Made by a program: the position numbers and the translations under genes. Below, piece after piece: positions 52,101-64,000 of a stretch of DNA of 64,000 bases. The notes under the pieces were generated by a model. It did no database searches. It saw nothing but the letters and a program-made list of their open reading frames with translations, and was not told the origin of the DNA. Source of the stretch: Balanoglossus misakiensis (taxonomy: Eukaryota > Animalia > Hemichordata). The DNA lies in contig CM082592.2 in assembly GCA_040954595.2 (NCBI GenBank), forward strand, positions 8,233,677-8,297,676, written 5' to 3'. Within the stretch, counting starts at the first letter, position 1; each line of letters opens with the position of its first letter.

Positions 52101-55100
52101 ATCTTTCTCTGTAAGCGTCGCCGAAGCCCAGCTCATCGAGAAACACGCACCAGCAAGAGCACTTTCAACGCCATAAAAATGCGCCTGATATGTCTTTAAC
52201 AATTCATGAGATGCATCCTCTCCTGACGCAACCAGATTTCTTGCTTTACAGATGATTTGATGTCAGCAGTAATTGCGTTTGAAGTATTTCCCCCAACAGA
52301 CTTCTGCACAGATTTTCCAATTACCATTAATCTTTTTTTTTCGTCGGAGGGGTGTGACAACACCTCCCGCTTATCAGATATTTGGTAAGTGTCCGTTCTT
52401 TTGTTTAACGACACACGGGTACTGCTGAGGTTGACTTTTCAAGGGAATAAACGAACATTCCAGGACGGGGAACAGTAGAACGGTAGGGGGGTATCACGGC
52501 GCTTGTTCGGATGCTCCCGGAATCGCAGCGCCAGCGTTATAGGCTTTGGCAGGTAGAATAATAATTTGTGGGCCAGGTAATTTTTATTAGGCTACTGGGA
52601 ACAGTTTAATGTATGACTCAGCTACAGAATTAGGAGTGCTGATAACCAATCGCTCAACGGGCTCAACCTCGCCGTCTTCAGGGATATTGGCATGTGCTGA
52701 CATCTTTGAACACAGAACGGAATGATGCACGAAAAAAAAAAGCTCCTAAGCATCGCCACTCACCTTGGAAACCGGTAGCCGAGCCCTGGGCGGCCGATAG
52801 ATGCTCCACCGTCAGCCTCCGGACGGGGTCGTGCTGTTGGATTTCGACGCTGGTGCACACCGTGCTTTCCCCGTGCAGAAAGAACGAGAACGAGAACGAC
52901 ACATGCTCGCTGAAAGAAAGCAGAACGGGAAATTTCATTTCTCCTTTTCTGTGAATGTAACATTGTGTATTATACTGAAGTTACAGGAGTTACAATTCAC
53001 AACAAGAGTATATCAATGTGAGACTAGAAAATCTTGTCAAAGCTATGCTGATGTTTTTTCCCCCATTGATCTGCAGGCTCCTTTTTATGGGCTCACAAAG
53101 CCCCAATCGCAATAATCGACTATTGTTAATTTGGCTACTGCCGGAGTGTGGCTTGTACAATCTCCAGAAGACAGCTGTTTCAACGATCCGTGATTAATTC
53201 CGCACACATCGGTGAATAGGAGACACCGGTGAAAAAAAAAAGAGAGGCCAGTGCAAGTTGAAATCGGGCGGCTCGGATCGTCGGGGGGAGGCTTATTTGC
53301 CGACAATCAGCCTCAGATATTTGACCTTCCTTTAGTAATAATAATGAGATTTGATGGAACACTGTAAATCTCGCCTATCAAGATCACTTGGGCACAGCGG
53401 AATGGATAGGGATACGGAGATGGTTTCCCCGAGGGTGTACGGAAATGGGGATCTAGGTTTCATGTTGCCTGCGAGCACTCACGTTTGCTCTCTCTCTCTC
53501 TCTCTCTCTGCATTAAAGCTCCTCAGATGCAAGAAATTGGAGACACCGTTTCTAGGCACTTCACTCACATCAGGACTACTCTGCAAAACTGCCCGTGAGC
53601 ATCCCAAGTGCTACAAGACAGCGTATCATATTTAGCATCACATGAACCGTTTTTTCCCCGGCAATTTCATATAAAGTCGCGATTGCCTTCCTCAGCCAGA
53701 CAACGGGGGAACCAAACAATATTCATAGAAATCACAGCGTTGCCGCTGAAAATTCTGATAGCCCAACAGTGTAAGTCATGTGTGACAAAAACAAATTTCC
53801 GTTTTCCGAAAATTAAAAGACAAGCTACACTTATAATGTAAACTGTTCTGTGAGAACACTGCCTCGTTTATGGAAATAATGTACATCTCAATGTCACAAG
53901 GGATTTTGTCGTCAGGTTTACTGATTACACTAACAGCATTCCAAATCTTCTAGTTCAATTTAAAAACGCTCTTAGGTACCCATGGACTTGGAAAACTGGA
54001 CTTTGAAAAAAAAACATTTCCATATATTCCTCAAGTGCGAGACCTGACCTTAACAGCATGGGCTCTCCCCTTTACGCCAATAAGCTCGATTTAATCCTAA
54101 ATTCAACAGCACATTCAAAGCAAGAGAACATTCCGGAAACCACGATTGTATTCTGGTTTTTATCATCGTGCAATCCATCACCTCTATGACATGCCCAGCC
54201 CACTGAGGGTGAGGATCCAGTGTTTCCATATTACGCGCCGATGTCCACAGGAACGGTTTTTCAACATCACAGATGTCAATCTCCTTCCACCTACTTTCCT
54301 TCACCTACTCTTGTTTCAATTAAGACAAGACACGGCCATTAAATAAAATCGGACGGACGTGAAATTCCTCTGATCCGGCTGACCTCTGAAAATTCCACAA
54401 GGTATTTCATAAAACCACAACAACCTTCAAGATCATGACTCCACATGGCATTTCTCCCCCGAGGTTAAAATACTGATCCCCCCCCTTCAGAAAAAATGTA
54501 AGACGTAGTACATTCCCATCCCTATGGTTAAATGGTTCATACCACAAGCTGGGAGGGGGGTACTTAAACCGGAGATGAGGCCAAGAAGAATATTCAATTG
54601 AAAGTATCTGTTGACATCTGACCCCCACAACACACACACACATCATTCTGCGTTTATCACCCGAGTAATCTTAATCTGCAGATGATGAATAAATGCTTCT
54701 GTAACACAGAAATCAACTCTTGCTTCCCCTGACATTACATGCCGATAAAAGACCTCAGGGTCTCTGCAACTCTCAGTGTATTGGCACCTCAAAGATACAC
54801 TCGATTACCATAAAAAACGAATGATTATCATAAAAACTGAATGGTAATATTTTACTCGATTTTTGTCAGCACTGAACACGAAGTTTCGTTCACTCATCAT
54901 TATCGATAAACCCTTGCAATGGCATTCACTACAGGGCTTGTACGACATGTAACCATTATCTGTTATTTCACCGGTTGCTTTTAGTTGCCTTGGTAACGCA
55001 CATATCATTTCTCCCCCCGGCAATTTTCCCCCTGTTTTTTTCCTCATATTTTGTGAACTGCCCTGGCATTTCTGTTGCTGTGGTAGCAAATTGCATGTTG

Positions 55101-58100
55101 CAGTTCCCCTGAGGACAAAAATCTTTCATTTCCGTGGCAACTATAGCAAGTCATTCTTTACGAGTCAAAATCAACATTTTAAAAACCCTTCTTAGCTAGG
55201 TATCATTTTAACATGGTATTGTATTAGCATCCTTAGGGCAACGAAACCTAATTTCAGAAGACGTCAAATGCAACACATTTGTAAGAAGAACAGGAACAAT
55301 ACGTCATTATAAAAACACTTGCACATGGAACATAATCGGAAGTGTCAACTTACAAAGTAATGAAATATTAAAAACTTGCAACAATCCATCATATTTTTCA
55401 ATTTCCACTACGCATACAGCAATAAACAGTCTGTTTATATTTGATACGAATGACCCACAGTTTGAAGTAGAACACACACATATATATGACGGAGGCACAT
55501 TTCACGACTATAGAAGACTCCCGCTGCTCAGTGTTTGAGTAGAATGAAAGAAAGCTATTTCTAAATCCAAGTCAATGAGTCCTTATCTCCAGATTGGTGT
55601 TGCTGGTCTGGGACCAATATTGTGATAATTTACATATAGCAGGGTGACTTGCCACATCATGTTTTGGATGCTATTTTCTTTCACGCCAAACAATTTGATA
55701 ATTATCATTTCCGGAGTTGTCTCTCTCAAGCATTACATCATGTTCCAACATGAAACACATCGCATCGACACTTTTCAATATAACTGATCTGGAGGGAAAA
55801 AAATGCCAAACATGAAAATATGACAAACTGCAAACTATGACAAAAATGTTCTATTTTAAACTTTTTATTAGAATTTCCTATGCACTGTTAGCTTGGATGA
55901 TAAATAGACCTTCCAGCCACGCATACGGAAACAGCTGAAAGCAGGGGTCAAAGTTCGCAACCACACTGCGCACCCAGAGTTCAATAACCACACAAACACA
56001 ATGGCGACACACACACAGCGCTGTTCCTGAAAAGAAAGAAAAACTGGCCACTTCACTGACCAAAGACCATTTCTTGGATCCGGGACAATATGTAAAGAAT
56101 GGAAGAAGAAAAACTCACAAAGGACATACTGACAAAACCTCCGCGTTTTCTGATACTTTGAGGAGCAAGGTTTTCATGCTTGTTTGAGACATCCAATGGC
56201 AAAGAAAAGATATTTTGAAATTGTACGCAAATGATTTCATCAGCTGACTGAGTGGGGAACGTTTGATTGGCCATTGCCATGGTAATTTCGACTTTCAACT
56301 TGACATGATACAAGCCATGTCCTCACACCATCCATGGCATGATGCATTTAACAAAATACACTAACATTTATCATCTACTGCATCTAATCTTTAATTCAAT
56401 AATCTCTTTGCTTCGCTACTTCACGTCAGACAAAACCATATTTCATTCTACGAATCAACACCATGGATGAAACATACGCAAAGGTGTGTAAAAATAAATT
56501 TCCACATTGATGGAGAGCACGTTACCGGATAAACAATGCTAATTTTGTTTTTCCTGTTCATTTTTTTCCTTTAACGAACACACCTCCACACCTCTCTGGT
56601 GGTTAGAATGACAAATTATTCTCTCTCTTTTTTTAAATCCCCTTGTCGTCATCAACGTCACCGAGGATGAAGTCATCTCATTTGGCGATGGTAATTAGCT
56701 TGATTTGTCTGACTATACTGACATCTGCTTTGACGAAAACAAATTATGACTCCGGCCATTTCTTTTGACTTTCTGGATTGAGCTAAGCCTGTGCAGGGAT
56801 AGACTTTAGAGGCATATATATTATATTTTTTAAATTCCACCACAAAGTGTTAGTCACAATACAGACATGCTAATTCCATCAGAAGTCAAAGACCGGTGAA
56901 AGGAAGGTTTGTATGAGTGAAAGCATTAATTATATTGTTATTTTTTCTTATTATAGAAATAGGCATGGTGACTTGGCAGCTATCAATCATGTCACTATTC
57001 CACCCACCCACTACCCGCATTTTCTCTTCTCAGGCCAAAAAAGTCAAACAAAACAGCTCCAAAAATATATGACTAACACAATGCAGACAATAACAAAATA
57101 TGTGAACACATTGGGAATTCCAAAACTAATTTCGCCATCTAATTTATGTCGAGGAACTGTTTTTGCAAGATTATTAAATCTCCCATTGCAATAATTTCCC
57201 ATTTCAGAGATATTCAAAACTGAATTTTCTGGTTAATGGTTATACACATATGGCCCACAAGAACAAGGTATCACATTTGCATACATGTTTGCAGACATCA
57301 ATCATCAGAATATTGCAGCTTGTCAAGATTCGCATAATTTTGCATCAATTTCTCTGTTTAAGAGAGAGATCTTTTGTTAGAACAGGTCCCACAGACAAAT
57401 GATATCCTACCTTGCAATTAGAATATTAAAAGTCATCAGTCAGTATGAAAGAAATTCTGATATCCAAATAAAAATAATGAGATATTTGGGACTTTAAGCT
57501 AAATCCTCGAACAGGAAATCAACAAGTTGAAAGTGGTAATTGTGTTGATTCACGAAATTCGCAAATCTCCACGATGACATCATAATCGCTATGGCAACAG
57601 CCAGATCGCATACCCCCATCACTCTGCAGTGGCCAAGTACCTCAGCCGGTCCAACCCTAATGGCTTTGACACCTCTGTACACCACTCCATTACTGCTCTA
57701 CCACCTTCGGGGGGTTAGGTATGCGAGGAGACCTCCACACGAATTCGACAGTTGCGGTGTCAGGTTTTATATTGTTGGCCGAGAAGCGAGAGACGAGAGA
57801 CACTGGGGAGGATGTTTCCATGACAGCTGTTCCTGATCATGCACCTCAGTTTACGTATAATAACTGCCATACACATGTACCTACAAGAAGTGGCAACATT
57901 CTGCAGGAATCAACATTCGCAATATTTCATTTGTCCCTGCCAATATTGACATTCCTGTATCTACCCCTATTTATGCTTTCTCATTGCATCCGCTCTCTCG
58001 CATGCTACAATGTTTGTACCGATTTGTTTTTACCATTTCGTGTGTGTCAGTGTGTCCGAAATTCAAAGAACACGACTTGATTTCAAGGCCTGGAGCAATA

Positions 58101-61100
58101 TCTGTTTTCTTCAATTTTCTAATCTGAACAACCTACTCATTATTTTGTCTGGCCGCAGTGCGGTGATGAATGAGATGGCTCCCCCGTCCGACAGATCCTG
58201 AGCAGACACAGAGGACGGCCCCCATCAGGCATCAGACAGCCACTGCACTGACCTGAAAGCCCGCAGCTGAACTTTATTTGAACCGCACATGCAAACAACT
58301 GTCATCATCAATTCCGAAGACAGATAACAGCTTTTTTTTCGAACAAACGGTGTCTTGCGAGAGATCGAAAGGCACCAACAGTACCCAAGACAGAAAACAG
58401 AACTAAAGGAGGCACATGAAAGACGTTGGCAAGAAAACACAAAATATCTGAAGAATCTTGAAATGCAGTTTTGTTGATTCATAAAGCAAAGTTACGGTCA
58501 ACCTTCACTTTTGCACACACGGACATGAAACCAGACAAAAGTCATACCGTACATAACAGCGACCTCCGCATTTTTTAACAAAGAGCGAAAAATTCATTTG
58601 ATTTTTTCTCTCGAAATGCTGCCAGACACATTCTGCTAACCCTGCTAATCCATACAAATGCCTCTGCCTGATGCACAGGATTTGCATTCAATCAATACTA
58701 ATCTTGTATCGCATATAATACGCATTTAGTCAATTTCTCGGGGGGTGTAAGAGGTCAAACGAACGACAGCAGACAAGACTTTCAATATTGAGACTAGCAT
58801 CAGCAATATCAATTGAAATGGCCAGAGGTTTTCATATTCCGAGAGAGTCTACTCGCTACATTGCAGACTTCTTACATCAAAGTCAGACACGAAAAATATA
58901 AACACCAGCATACAGGTATTGCAAAAACTGCCAACTTCATTTCGCTGATTGTGTTGAAATATCTGCGCAGATTATGAATCAACTACCGCTGGGACAACTC
59001 TTGGATATTTACAAACTCCACACCACCGAAGTCAAAATTATTCCTTGCTTCTTACAATGCCAACAGACGTCGACTTTCTCTGACTGGTAATTGCTTTTCT
59101 GTAGTTACTGCAGATGATTAATCTGTCTGCAGTTGGGTGACCTCTGTTGCTTTAAAATAAAGTTGACATTCTGGTCAGATTGTTGTTACAGTATGAAAAA
59201 GATGTCAAATGTGCCTCCTCCCCCCCCCCCCCACCTCAAAGGCCGACTCTTGTGCCCCTGTACAATTGGTCTGACCAAAATCCTGGTAAGGCCATTCAAG
59301 ATAAATGCCACATTCGCCACGCTGCTCGACAGACGCTGAAATATTCATGATAATCCTCAAGTATAGGATGCGAACCAATAAGCAATCTGCCGTGCCAACA
59401 GCTGATTTAGATTTCATTAACCTCATGAAAATCAATTGAGAGTTGAGCGAGCGATGGAGAGTGCAGCAATTTGTGTTCATTTGTCTTCTGCTTATGAACT
59501 CCAACAGCCATCCTCAGAACTGCCACCTGTACCGAGAAATTCCCATTTTCTGACCCGACATTCGTCAGAAAATGTCATCTGAGCAACAGAGGTATTCGCG
59601 CAGCTCAGACAGGGCTATTTATATCGCGTTTCTCTCTCACCCCTCTGTAAATTTATGAGCTCACAAGCACAAAATGAGGGCACACTTACAATGCAGAAGT
59701 AGCTATGCATTTTTCATCGGCTGATCATCCACAGGGGAAAATACAGAAAATTAAATCGTGGAACCCCTTTTTATCACATCTGAGTTTGATCCTGCAGTCT
59801 GATATCAGGGGTGCTACGGTAAACGAATTAAACAAATTATCGTATATTTCACCAGAATGCCTTTTGTATAAATTATGAGTTCCACATGAAGAACTCTAAT
59901 CAACTGAAGCGATCATTATTTCCGAGTAAAATAATTAATTTCTAAACAGATTCGTGTCTGACAAAACAGGGAATATGGTGAATTCAGTCGGTTAAAACCC
60001 GACAGTTGTTATGATGTCAGAATCCCGTGATTTGTCGATGATAAACTTCACAGTTCACATGGCAGGCACGACCGGCATGTGAACTGATCGAGGACAATTT
60101 GAAGAGCAAACGAGCAGATCGCAACCTAAATAATAAATCAGTACCAGACCTGGAAATTTGTGGGTCAGTAATCCTCGACTTAAATTTGAAGTGTCGTTGA
60201 TAACACACTGACAGAATTGACCGGTTTCTCCCTTTGGCGTTGCTGTCACCATGCCGACGAGCTCTGGTCTCACCGCTATCATATTTGAAGTCAAAAACGA
60301 CATGCCAACTCAGGTTTGAGCCACCAGGTGGGAAAAATTACACGTCAACCCACCGTGGCGATAATTACATGCCGTTTCGCACAAAATGACAGATCAAAAT
60401 TGTCCTTAACGTCAGCACTATTTATCCTCATGTTGAACAGACTTCGGAGGCAATCAGAGTCACCTTGCTCAAGTGACGAACGTCAAGAACATCACCCGCT
60501 CACCGCGCTTTCGATCACTACAGACCACTGTATGTATCAAAAGATTCAGTCCAGACGTGACACACGTCACAAAAATTTGGGTTTCTCCCTTAATACCTTT
60601 GGTGATGACTCCTATCGTCTTGTCTACAAAACACTTTGAAAGCACTACCTAAACACAGAGTATTTGTTGCAACGATCGTTTAAAAATTATATCCAAAGCG
60701 AAACTTGGCTGACACAAAAGATCACCACCTGTGGCAATGGGTTCATGCTGTAATTCACAGAAGAATGGCAACAATAATATATGTACTGGAATGACTGGTG
60801 AGCCATTACATAAAAATAGAATCCCCCACAATGGGGCTTATGCTGAATAATTCTGTGAGAGAGTGGGTGTATTTGACAGCTGTTAGCCCACGCACTGAAG
60901 AGATCATCCATCAACTACCAAAGCCTACCTTTGATCGTCCTGCTCCGAGTCCGCACCGTAGGGTCTGATGAACCACTTGCCGAGGCGAGTAAAATTTCTA
61001 CTTAACAGACATCTGCAAGAAGAGGGAGAGAGAGAGAAGCTTTTGTTAGAATTCGACAGTGAACTTTGTCTTTTACACCACAGTAATCAATCTTCTTTGA

Positions 61101-63911
61101 TGTCTGACAGATCCCTTGATTATGACCATCACTATTAGCCACAGTTTGACTCGGACTTGTCAAAGGTTGGTAACAAAGAGGCCACAATCACCAACACAAG
61201 ATGGCTGATCCATTTATACTTATTTGAAACATACTGTATATGTTTGTAACTGTGTTCAATACAATACAATGAATGGAAACCGAGCAAAGCCAGTCTGCAG
61301 TTGTCAAGTGATAGCAATGTGTTCTCCTTAGCCAGACTAATGATCAATGAAATCAGGTTTTATAGGGTCGTCGTAGATTTCTAGTGCTCCTATTTTTTTA
61401 TTTTATTTTTGGAGGGGGGTCAACTTCTGGGGCAAAGAGATGACAGCTCAACCATTAAGGAAACGATCTCATCACGAATATCATTACAGTACTAGTATCT
61501 CGGGCAAAGTCAACAGACAGTCTTTAAATTGAAAGAGATGAAAGTGACCTCTGCAGTTTATTCAAAAGGAACACAATCGAAATGGTGTCTTCTTAAATAG
61601 GCACTGTGTGTTACTAAAAGCGGTCAGGGTGCTGGTACTTTTATTACAGGAAATATCCAAATAAAAGAATTGGATTAGTCTGTATTTAATTATGCAAGAA
61701 AAACTAGAAGTAGAACAGTCATGCTTGACTGGTCAGTGTTTCATCTAAGAGCAGAATGGTTCCATTTTTTTTCCTGTATGAATGGTAGACGCCTGCCACA
61801 ACATTTCAAAAGATCTACACCCAGATGAATATATTACCCCATTTCTCTCCCGCACATATTTTCTTTCCTCGTTCGGAAGGTAGCAAAATGTATTCCATTG
61901 TCCATGGGAACGACAGTAATTTTTTTTAATATGAATATTTTTCCGCCTTCATTCCCCGAATAAATTTGACAGGTAATATCAATATGGGTACTGATCACTG
62001 CGACACACAGCTATGACATTTCAATCATTGTCATCATTTACATTACAAGATTCAGGGCCGTGACCCCAGAAAGTGTTACCACGGCAACCGCATCCACCTC
62101 TGGTTTTTTCCTTCCCATGCTGTTTATTAGAACTATTTATTAGAGCACTGGGCCTGCAGACAGAGAAGTGTCATTTAATCAGAGACCGCTATTAGGAAAT
62201 TATTGAATACCGCACGGTTGCGAATTATATCGCACTCTCTCAATGTCGCTTCACTGGTCTTGGAATGTTAGAATTTTTTTTAATCAATTATGAATGTCAC
62301 CTATATGTACATGCATCAAACCTATATGCACTGCACAGTAAATTTAGTTAATTTCCTCTCGATTTCGGAATATGGGCATTTGCTGGGAACGCTTGCAAAA
62401 GCTGAAATTTTCTTGTGCACTGTTTGTCTCGTTCTCTCTCTCTCGTGACAGAAAACTAAAAAATTGTTTCTGAATAGCAACATGTTTATCGCCACTGTTA
62501 AGTGACATATTTACAAGCCATTAACATGTTTGCACAACTGTTTGTGTTGAAAAACAGACCAGGAATGTATGCAGAGGTGTGTAGTGGGCAACTGTAAAAT
62601 GACCTCAGCATGTGTGTCATTGCGACAGCTGTCCCCTGTTGAAAAACAACTGGGGGATGGGTGCAGGTCGCAACACCAGTTATTTAATAATCAAAACAAA
62701 CATGGGATTTTGTGCTATTTTTACTGGTGATGCCAACAGTTTTGCTTTCAGAATATTCAGAAGGGACATATTGGAAGCGCAACAGACATATTATCTGTAC
62801 AGAAAATGGATAATAATTCAATTCAGAGTACAGTATGAATTTCACACATCGAACATTTTTGTAAGTTTTTCTAATTGCAAATACTTATGGCCAACATACT
62901 TCTTATCCAGTCAAAGACCGAACATCTCTGATCACTTTGAACTTGACAAATGGAACCCCTCCCCCACCCAAGGTGCTGACAATAGCTTTCAACGCAAGGT
63001 GGGAAACACCCCCCCCCCCCCCTCGAGCGAATCAATTTATAAAATAACCAGGTTCTGCACTGCAGACCATGCATTCAGGCATGCAGTGGTTGAACAGTAG
63101 ACCTGGGCAAATTTTCTCACCTGTAAGTTAAGTCATGTTACATGCCAATAAGCCCCTCCCCTTTACCATATCCAACCTGCCAGCAAGATGCCTGAGTCAG
63201 AAACTCAGAGGCTGTCAATTCTAATCTGACTTAACTCCTGACAATATGTGAATTACTTTTAATTTCAAATGCCCCCGAGGCCCTCTTCCCTTTCACTCAG
63301 CGACCCTTTGCATTCCGGAGTTGTTCAAACAAAGCTGTCAACATTGAACGGCTGCCATTTCAGAGCTTTGAAAAGCAAGGGACAAAAACTAAAGGTGCAT
63401 TTCAAATCGCTAATGTTGGTTTCACGTTTTATTCAGGGCTGGATGTAGCTACTGGGAAATGGACTTCACTTCCTAGGGGGTGGAGGTGTTAACATTCCTT
63501 TCTATGTCAACCTCTTCCCCCGATTGCTATTAGGTCAATCTCTTTATTTTTTCACTCACATGGTTGGGCTTATGTACCAGCAGAAAGGGGAGACAGTTGG
63601 TCCTCAGATTTAGGAAATCCCATACTTCAGATGTATTCTCATTTGCTGTCAGAAACACAGACAGTAAGAAGTCCATCTGTCTCTGTCTGTCTGTCTATGT
63701 GTCTGTCTCTGTCTCTATGTCTCTCTCACTATCCCTCATCCTAGTAAGCATATTAGAAGACGGATAGTGATCATTATGCCAACTAGTGCTAGAACACTCT
63801 CAAGAACACAGCGACCTTACCTTTCCAACAGATTGTGGAGAGCCTTGAACAGCAGCGTCCTACATTCATAGGTGAGTCCATTCTCCCAGGTCCCCTCAAG
63901 AGTTTCATTGA
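40103..63911 (-). CDS. MED13: Mediator complex subunit 13 (CDK8/kinase module), 29 coding exons in the window, N-terminus beyond the right edge
   Basis: Exons: 63911-63821 ([23 protein letters not shown]), 61012-60929 ([18 protein letters not shown]), 52909-52764 ([17 protein letters not shown]), 51853-51647 ([15 protein letters not shown]), 51376-51206, 50988-50769 (LTPPTSP), 50543-50295, 50107-49301 (PLTPFHHR), 49166-49004 (DPYEF), 48755-48669, 48221-48119, 47733-47606, 47487-47370, 46751-46543 ([10 protein letters not shown]), 46347-46207, 45957-45033 ([39 protein letters not shown]), 44665-44486 (VQGPLTW), 44356-44265, 44141-44016, 43817-43631, 43504-43029 (VVYLVDPF), 42871-42680, 42513-42287 ([20 protein letters not shown]), 42154-42012, 41827-41663, 41425-41040 ([12 protein letters not shown]), 40779-40636 ([14 protein letters not shown]), 40539-40436, 40235-40103 (YNALSWLT...[12 protein letters not shown]). 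GT-AG boundaries with consistent phases. Confidence 0.95.
44908..45002. repeat. 3 x 31-bp perfect tandem repeat in a MED13 intron
   Basis: TACTGAAACAATATGGCCGCCACTTGGGTCA repeated three times. Confidence 0.95.
54984..55242. promoter_or_regulatory. Cluster of RFX X-box-like motifs in the large MED13 intron
   Basis: GTTGCCTTGGTAAC 54984-54997, GTTGCTGTGGTAGC 55074-55087, ATTTCCGTGGCAAC 55128-55141, ATCCTTAGGGCAAC 55229-55242. Confidence 0.45.
63675..63735. repeat. Imperfect (TCTG/TCTC)n low-complexity repeat
   Basis: ctgtctctgtctgtctgtctatgtgtctgtctctgtctctatgtctctctc. Confidence 0.7.
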
Positions 63912-64000
63912 CTGCAGAGCAAGAGAAAGAAAAAATAAAGACGATGAAAAATAAAACCCAACAAACATTGAAGTGTATGATGTCTGGGACAGCGTTGAGT

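Overview
Eukaryotic (animal, probably invertebrate) genomic DNA with spliced genes; no prokaryotic operons or CRISPR. From left to right: (1) probable last exons of an unidentified + strand gene (~164-770); (2) a small KCTD-type BTB/T1 gene on + (2932-3381); (3) a two-exon SnoaL/DUF4440 NTF2-fold gene on - (4053-5940); (4) an ~18.4 kb array of ~210 head-to-tail 87-bp satellite units (~6250-24680), with older variants at both edges, a homogeneous core and internal multi-unit duplications, followed by a (CCAT/CATT)n tail; (5) a PLXDC/TEM7-like receptor gene on - with 15 coding exons (25473-30227) and an extra Thr-rich stalk plus three EGF exons; (6) a regulatory/non-coding interval with promoter-like motifs and a (GTACT)n microsatellite; (7) most of MED13 on - (29 coding exons, 40103-63911, 5' end outside the window). 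The giant ORFs at 6.5-24.9 kb are satellite artefacts. Exon boundaries were read by eye from GT-AG sites and phase continuity; family assignments come from recalled motifs, not database searches.
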